Assembly (NCBI RefSeq): GCF_006345805.1
Contig: NW_021836189.1
Location: forward strand, 1-28,499
Direction: 5' to 3'
Length of the DNA stretch: 28,499 nt
Origin: Octopus sinensis
Taxonomy: Eukaryota
The stretch's first letter is position 1. The number at the start of each line of letters is the position of its first letter. The notes under the pieces were generated by a model that had not been told where the DNA came from, did not search any database, and saw only the letters and a program-made list of their open reading frames with translations. Shown here piece by piece: positions 21,521-28,499 of the stretch. The position numbers were made by a program, and so were the translations under genes.

Positions 21521-22132
21521 AAGATGTATATATATATATATGCATATATACGCATATCTATGAAAGAGAAAAAAGAGAGAAAGAGGAGGGAGAGTAAGAT
21601 GTATGTATGCATGTACGTATATGTATAAGCCAACTAAGGAGACACAGAAAGATGTAGATGATTGTTTCGTTACCGTTCTGTTTAAACACCATTGCACGCA
21701 AAAGCTCTATGTGAAACGTTACATAATATTTACAGCTTGAAACGTTAAAATGATACTTCATCAGACTGGCGTCAAAGAGCAATTGACAAGTGCTGGGTGT
21801 TGCTTAAATCAGGACGAAAGAAGGGTTATAGAAGAGAATTGTGAAATAGTGGCGAGTACGGAACTTGATCAATCGTACTCAACTACGGATGACTTTAATT
21901 CGTATTTTACTCTGACCTATTCTATGAAATTTCTATAATTAATATTATTAGGAATTGTGTGGGAAAATAGTTAAAATATTTTATATATTGTAGAAGAATA
22001 ACCATAAATTATAACAAAAAAATCTTCTATGAAGCCCCCATGAGTCATGTGGACATTGTTTGAGAAGCACGCACCTAGACAATTGTAATACTGATTATAT
22101 ATGTATACATATATATATATAACTACACGCGC

Positions 22133-22172
<40 letters not shown>

Positions 22173-22264
22173 AAAAGAAGTGATCGTTGTAATGCGATAG
22201 ATAGAAACAGAACAGATTTATTGAGAAGTGAAAAGTTTCGAGTTACAATGCAAAAATATACACA

Positions 22265-22298
<34 letters not shown>

Positions 22299-22847
22299 GA
22301 TATATATATATATATATATATATAATTATATATTATATATATATATTATATATATCACTCAAATTATGGATATTCTTATATACTGCTGGTTGCAAATGCT
22401 TAGGACCTGCTTAACCCTTCACCCTTCCTTCTTGAAACTAATTCCCGAATACTAAATCTCCACCCAAAATACCTACAAAATTAAACCTACAGAATTCTAT
22501 ACTCACCTGTTTAAGTAAGACACTTGTAGTGAAGCCTTAAGACATATATAGTTAACGGCAGAACATTCCAGTTGCAGTCATCGTAGGTATGATACTAGAA
22601 ATTGCCTAGTATTATAAGGAAGATAAATAATTTTACAGAAATAGCAGGTAAGAAGTAAGACGTAGAGAATTGGTGGCAAGTACGCGAAATTCCAAAGGTT
22701 GCTAAGTTCTGTGCTCAAAACATACTGGAGCCTCATTATGTTTGTTTCTCCCTCTATGGATAAATATCGGTTCAATTATGTGATGACCAAGCGTTCACAT
22801 TATCGGTTTTCTGCCAATAAACGGAAACATTATTGTCACTTAGATAT

Positions 22848-23329
22848 GTATATATATGTCTGTGTATGTATGTATGTATGTATGTATGTATGTATGTATG
22901 TATGTATGTATGTATGTATGTATGCATGTATGTATGTATGTATGTATGTATGTATGTATGTATGTATGTATATATGTGCATGTGTGTGTATGTATATTGT
23001 GTATGTATGTATGTATGTATGTGTATGTATGTTGTGTAGTATGTATGTAATGTATGTATGGTGTGTATGTATGTATGTATGTTATATGTATGCATGTATG
23101 TATGTATGTATTATGTATGTATGTATGCATGTAAGTATGTATGTATGTATGTTATGTTATGTATGTATATATATGTATGTATGTATATATGTAGTTGTAT
23201 ATAGGTATGTATGTATGGTATGTATATATGTTATGTATGTATGTATGTATGTATGTATGTATGTATGTTTTTTGTATGTATGTATGATATGTATGTATGT
23301 ATGTATGTAGTATGTATATATTATGTATG

Positions 23330-23363
<34 letters not shown>

Positions 23364-23419
23364 TGTATATATGTATGTATGTATATTGTATGTATTATGT
23401 ATGTATATATGTATGTATG

Positions 23420-23450
<31 letters not shown>

Positions 23451-23463
23451 ATATGTATGTATG

Positions 23464-23497
<34 letters not shown>

Positions 23498-23560
23498 TAT
23501 ATGTATGTATGTATATATGTATGTATGTATGTATGCATGTATGTATGTATATGTGTATTT
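22848..23560. repeat. Long degenerate (TATG)n microsatellite (~700 bp)
   Basis: Direct observation. Confidence 0.97.
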
Positions 23561-23689
23561 ATGTGTCTGCGTGTGTGTGTGTTTGTGTTTATGTGTGTGT
23601 ATACATATATATATAATTTTGACAATATATGTTTATATATACAACTTTGGTCTCATTTACGTTATCGTATCTAACAGTTTATACACGCG

Positions 23690-24143
23690 CACTTACACAT
23701 ACACGCGCACCACACACACATACACACACACTCACACACACACAGAAACACAGACACATACACACATACATATATCTGTTTAAATGTTTATTTAGACACA
23801 CCATATATACTTCTCTGTCTCTGTCTCTCTGTCTGTCTCTCTCTCTCTCACTATATATATATATATATATATACACACACATATATGTACATGTATAGGT
23901 ATAGACAGGTAGTATATGAGTACATGTATATATATATGAGTTTTAATAAATATATACCTACATATATATATATATGCAGACATATATACATACATACATA
24001 TATGTACAGACACATATACACACATACATATATACACATATGTACATATATATATGTATATATGTATATATATATATATATATATACACACAAATACATA
24101 TACACATACATATATATACACACACACACGTACAAATACATAT

Positions 24144-24200
<57 letters not shown>
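23690..24200. repeat. Mixed (CA)n/(TA)n/(TACA)n and (GA)n (24147-24200)
   Basis: Direct observation. Confidence 0.9.
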
Positions 24201-24201
<1 letters not shown>

Positions 24202-24444
24202 TGCAAAGCCAACAGAGCAGTCATGTAAATCATTTGTTACCATGAATGAGCTAAAGAAACAATCTTGACGAATCGGCACCGGCCATATCTCTCAAAGAAC
24301 CTATTTCTACATCAATGACGTTTTCTATGTTGAAATCATTCATTAGTGGATAGGGCTGACTTTGATGTCCCAAGACACACCTTCCTTCCTTTCCATAACT
24401 ACATCTCACTCACAGTGCACGCGCGAGTGTGTCCATATCCATAT

Positions 24445-24726
24445 ACGCATGTATCTATATATATCTATATAGATATATGTATCTATATCCAAGTATGTAT
24501 GCATACACACACACAAACACACACACACACGTATGTATGTATATAATATATAATATATATATGCATATATATGGATGTGTAAATATATATATATATGTGT
24601 ATATATATATATATATATATGTATTTGTATATGTATGGATATAAATATATATATATGTGAGTTTGGGTTTATCTATATATATATGTGTGTATGTATATAA
24701 ATATATATATAGATTATAAACATATT

Positions 24727-24767
<41 letters not shown>

Positions 24768-25712
24768 ATGTGTGTGTATATGTAGGTATGCCTTATGCAT
24801 GTGTGCGAGAATGCGTGTGTCCGTATGTGCATGTATGTGTGTATGTTTATATGAGTGAGTGTGCGTCTGTGTGTATACATATATATAAAATTAACACTAT
24901 ATCTATCTGTATACGTTATATTAGCTTTTCTTGTCATCGAGGTGTTTCGGCTATAAATCTTTCGTAATGAGGCCTACAATACCGATATTATGTTATATAG
25001 ATATATGAAGGCAAATCAATATATATATATATATATAATTGTGTGTGTATATATATGTGTAATACACACACATATATATAAAAACTCTCTTTATATCTCT
25101 CAGTCCATCAATGTCTCTCTTTACACACACGCACACACACACAACAACACACAGACATATATACTATCTATACATAACATGCATATATGTGTGTGTGTTT
25201 AGATATATATGTACATATATATGTGTGTGTGTAAGTGTGATGTGTGTATATTATCCTTTAATTCGTCCTAACTATCTATCTATCTATCTCTAACACACAC
25301 ACACACCACACACACAGTACATATTTATATACATCATATAATATATTATATATATATATATATAATATATAATATTATATATAATAAATGTCTGGTGTGT
25401 ATATTATGTATATTAATTGACAGTTAAATAACTAGACGTTGATATGTTAATATGTTATGTATTTGTATATTCATAAACACACACCTGTACGCATATGCAC
25501 CTATTCTGTATGTGTGTGTATATGATATATATAAATATATGTACATATGTACAATGTAATTTTTCTAATCTACATATATTTACCAATATTTACGTATACG
25601 TGTGTATAAACATACACACATGACTAGCCCAAACTAGCTCACATGTATAAATGTTATACGTACATACTCACACATACACACACATGTAAATATATATATA
25701 TATAGATATATA

Positions 25713-25759
<47 letters not shown>

Positions 25760-25800
25760 TAGAGAGAGAGAGAGAGAGAATTATATGTAGCTATATACAC
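24445..25800. repeat. Degenerate AT-rich simple-repeat region
   Basis: Mosaic of TA, TG, CA, GA and TATC runs with short unique islands. Confidence 0.8.
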
Positions 25801-26278
25801 ACGTACATTAACATGATATATCGTCTGATACGAGAACAATCACTGGATATTAACACATTTGTAATTATGTGTGTGTTTATGTGTATGTATATGTGTGAGT
25901 GCGTTGTTGTGTTCATGTGTGTGTTTATTAGATTGAATATACCTTATATCATACATAACCGCTTGTGCATATGTATGTACTCACACAAATACACACACAC
26001 ATACATATATATATACATATCTGTAATCGATTGCAATTAATCAATGATAAATATATACCCACGTCAAATTAATTCTATTGATTATGTTCTTCTCATGTAT
26101 TTAGGAATGGTAGATCTTAGCCCCTTGCTTCGATCAGGCTAATAGCTACAAGTCTATTGATTTCGGTTCGTCTTTCTCTTCAGTTGGCTTATTGTAGTAT
26201 CCTCCATGTGTAGCACGTGGTTATCCTTAAAAACTAGGAATTCCAATTATCTCTTTCTCTACCATTGTTTTGCTGCAG

Positions 26279-26325
26279 ATGTGGCCATTTTTGGTACTGG
26301 TGCCAGGTCTTGGTCATTATTATTC
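26279..26325 (+). other. Candidate 47-nt internal exon of an unidentified host gene
   Basis: Pyrimidine-rich acceptor CTCTTTCTCTACCATTGTTTTGCTGCAG and donor C|GTGAGT; all three frames open. No homology recognised. Confidence 0.2.
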
Positions 26326-26531
26326 GTGAGTTCCTAATACGAAAGGAATTCCAGCCGTGAACATCCCGATTTCTTTTTACTTCGGCTTACAGAAAATAAG
26401 ATATCTTTTCATATCTTTCTAAAAGCATCACTTTTTCCTTGTTTGTAAAACTTCCGAACGAGACTTATGAGAGATTTGGCTGCTGTTTCTAGGATAATGT
26501 GTAACATTTACTGACTCATTAATGTCTCCTT

Positions 26532-26815
26532 GCGGAGGCACATGGCCTAGTGGTTAGAACAGCGGACTCGCGGTCGAGTGATCGCGAGTTCGAATCTCAG
26601 ACCGGGCGATGTCCGTGTTTATGAACGAAATACCTAAGCTCCACGCGGCTCCGGCAGAAGGTAATGGCAAACTTCTGCTGACTCTTTCGCCACAACTTTC
26701 TCTCACTCTTTCCTCCTGCATCTTGCAGCTCACCCGTGACGGACCAGCGCCCCGTCCAGGTGGGAACCTATATGCCAAGGAAACCGTGGAAGGCGTGGCT
26801 CTAGAAGGCAAAAAA
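26532..26815 (+). mobile_element. SINE family 3, tRNA-derived
   Basis: A-box TGGCCTAGTGGTTAG, B-box GTTCGAATC (26588-26596); matches 10241-10547; TSD AATGT(C/T)TCCTT at 26521-26531 and 26816-26826. Confidence 0.92.
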
Positions 26816-27139
26816 AATGTTTCCTTGCATGTGAGACACAGTAGTGATCCTAGTTATTCTTCTCTTTTAAACATGAACAGGAGTCTTACATAATCTACTT
26901 TTGATAATGTTAGCCAAGGTTGTTTCGGAACGATGAACGAAATACACATATTTCCAGGAGTGAATTATCCAAACCCTAAAACATCCCTCTCAATACATGG
27001 TTATGATGCTGCTCCGCTACTTCTGCTCGTGATCAAAGATGCATATGTCCTCAGCCACAAAAGGATATTCTCAACTGGTTGAGGTCTAACAACTGACAAG
27101 CAAATCTGTGGTACTGAGTAGAATATTGCTGTAGCCCAA

Positions 27140-27276
27140 AATACCAGTTGGGAACTGGGGTCGATGTAATCGATTTGCGCCTGCCCTAAATTGCTTACCT
27201 CGTGCAAAATTTGGGACCATTATTATTATCATTATTGTTATTATTATTAATATTATTATTATTATTATTATTATTT
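27140..27276 (+). mobile_element. SINE family 1 3' fragment with (ATT)n tail
   Basis: ATACCAGTT...CTGGGGTCGATGTAATCGA followed by (ATT)n at ~27209-27276. Confidence 0.6.
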
Positions 27277-27529
27277 GCTTCAGAATACGTTAGGCGTACC
27301 TTCGAACACGTTTTTCTCTTTCTCTCTCTCTGATTTGGAATGTTCTACGTTGCGCCATAACAAGGAAAGTAGGTGACCAGTCACAAAAGTTCTTTCTCAA
27401 ACATCGAAAACTGTTGAATCGGGATTTTCAAAACATTCTCAATGAAGAAAAGAAATCGAGGATCCGACACGCCACTGGAACAATCCAAGAACGAACCAAT
27501 GCAGAACACAACACAGAATTCTAATTAAT

Positions 27530-28316
27530 TGGCGGCGAGCTGGCAGAAATGTTAGCATGACGAGCGAAATGCTTAGTGGTATTTCGCCTGCCGTTACGTT
27601 CTGAGTTCAAATTCCGCCGAGGTCGACTTTTGTTTTTCATCCTTTCGGGGTCGATTAAATAAATACCAGTTACGCACTGGGGTCGATATATAATCGACTT
27701 AATCCGTTTGTCTGTCCTTGTTTGTCCACTCTGTGTTTAGCCCCTTGTGGGTAATAAAGAAATAGGTATTTCGTCTGCCGTTACGTTCTGAGTTCAAATT
27801 CTGCCGAGGTCGACTTTGCCTTTCATCCTTTCGGGGTCAATAAATTAAGTACCAGTTACGCACTAGGGTCGACGTAATCGACTTAATACCTATATCTGTC
27901 CTTGTTTGTCCCCTCTGTGTTTAGCTCCTTGTGGGTAGTAAAGAAATAAGTATTTCGTCTGCCGTTACTTTCTGAGTTCAAATTCCGCCGAGGTTGACTT
28001 TACCTTTCATCCTTACGGGGTCGATAAATTAATTACCAGTTACGCACTTGGGTCGACGTAATCGACTTAATCCGTGTGTCTGTCCTTGTTTGTCCTCTCT
28101 GTGTTTAGCCCCTTGTGGATAATAAAGAAATAGGTATTTCGTCTGCCGCTACGTTCTGAGTTCAAATTCCGCCAAGGTCGACTTTGCCTTTCATCCTTTC
28201 GGGGTCGATTAAATAAGTACCAGTTACGCACTGGGATCGATATAATCGACTTAATCCGTTTGTCTGTGCTTGTTTATCCCCTCTATGTTTAGCCCCTTGG
28301 GAACAATAAAGAAATA
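27530..28316 (+). mobile_element. SINE family 1 tetramer: one head plus four ~184-bp body units
   Basis: Head 27530-27577 (A-box-like TGGCAGAAATGTTAG); units start at 27578, 27765, 27949, 28133 (187, 184, 184, 184 bp); perfect 15-bp TSD AGAATTCTAATTAAT at 27515-27529 and 28317-28331. Confidence 0.93.
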
Positions 28317-28342
28317 AGAATTCTAATTAATGGTTTGAAGAT

Positions 28343-28499
28343 TTAGCACAAGGCCAGCAAATTTAAAGAAGGACTCGCCAATGACGTCAGCCCCAGTGTT
28401 CATCTGTTATTTTATTTTATCGACCACGAAAGTTGAATTCGAACTCAGAGCTGGAAGTTTTGTCACAGAACATTTTTGCCCGATCGGCTAACCATTCTA
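28343..28499 (-). mobile_element. SINE family 1, highly diverged
   Basis: GCACAAGGCC, CCCCAGTG, TTTATCGACC and GAACTCAGA segments lie in the same order as in the 8044 copy. Confidence 0.55.

Noticed and set aside
21700-21765. Minus-strand CTGATGAAG with nearby plus-strand GAAACGTT motifs
   Set aside because: The core elements are on opposite strands and cannot form a hammerhead.
26140-26183. Minus-strand CTGAAGA…CGAAA hammerhead-like match
   Set aside because: Stem II is a single pair and there is no proper stem III/UH or stem I.
26532-26610. tRNA gene (also 10470-10547 and the heads of families 1 and 2)
   Set aside because: A and B boxes are present, but the acceptor and anticodon stems do not form a cloverleaf and the sequence continues into a SINE body with TSDs.
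26900-27135. Segment that looks like another interspersed repeat
   Set aside because: No second copy in the window and no diagnostic motif; cannot be supported without a database search.
27294-27524. 76-codon open frame without ATG (…WNVLRCAITRKVGDQSQKFFLKHRKLLNRDF…)
   Set aside because: No recognisable homology, includes a CT run, and has no convincing splice context.
27578-28316. Regular tandem array as a possible CRISPR array
   Set aside because: Units are full ~184-bp repeats with no unique spacers, match dispersed SINE copies, and the context is eukaryotic with no cas genes.

Overview
AT-rich, microsatellite-saturated eukaryotic non-coding DNA (intron or intergenic). It is very probably cephalopod (Octopus-like); this is inferred from recognising the SINE families, not from a database search. 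No intact protein-coding gene can be supported, and nearly all ORFs in the supplied track are translations of simple repeats. Supported content: a 5'-truncated Penelope-like element (Neptune-type; RT C-terminus, Cys-rich linker, GIY-YIG endonuclease, 3' minimal hammerhead-like motif) sitting in a (TA)n tract; an RTE-clade LINE remnant; an internally deleted mariner; three tRNA-derived SINE families in many copies; and many micro/minisatellites. The most unusual structures are: (i) a SINE with one head and four ~184-bp body units inside a single perfect 15-bp target-site duplication (27515-28331), whose unit junction recurs at an independent locus (~2007); (ii) a 578-bp insertion with ~82-bp terminal direct repeats (490-bp period), an 11-bp TSD, a snap-back hairpin junction and a decayed hammerhead core (15775-16383), possibly a retrozyme/pseudo-LTR-type element; (iii) an element with two interlocked inverted-repeat pairs (18464-19065); (iv) up to four hammerhead-like motifs across the window.
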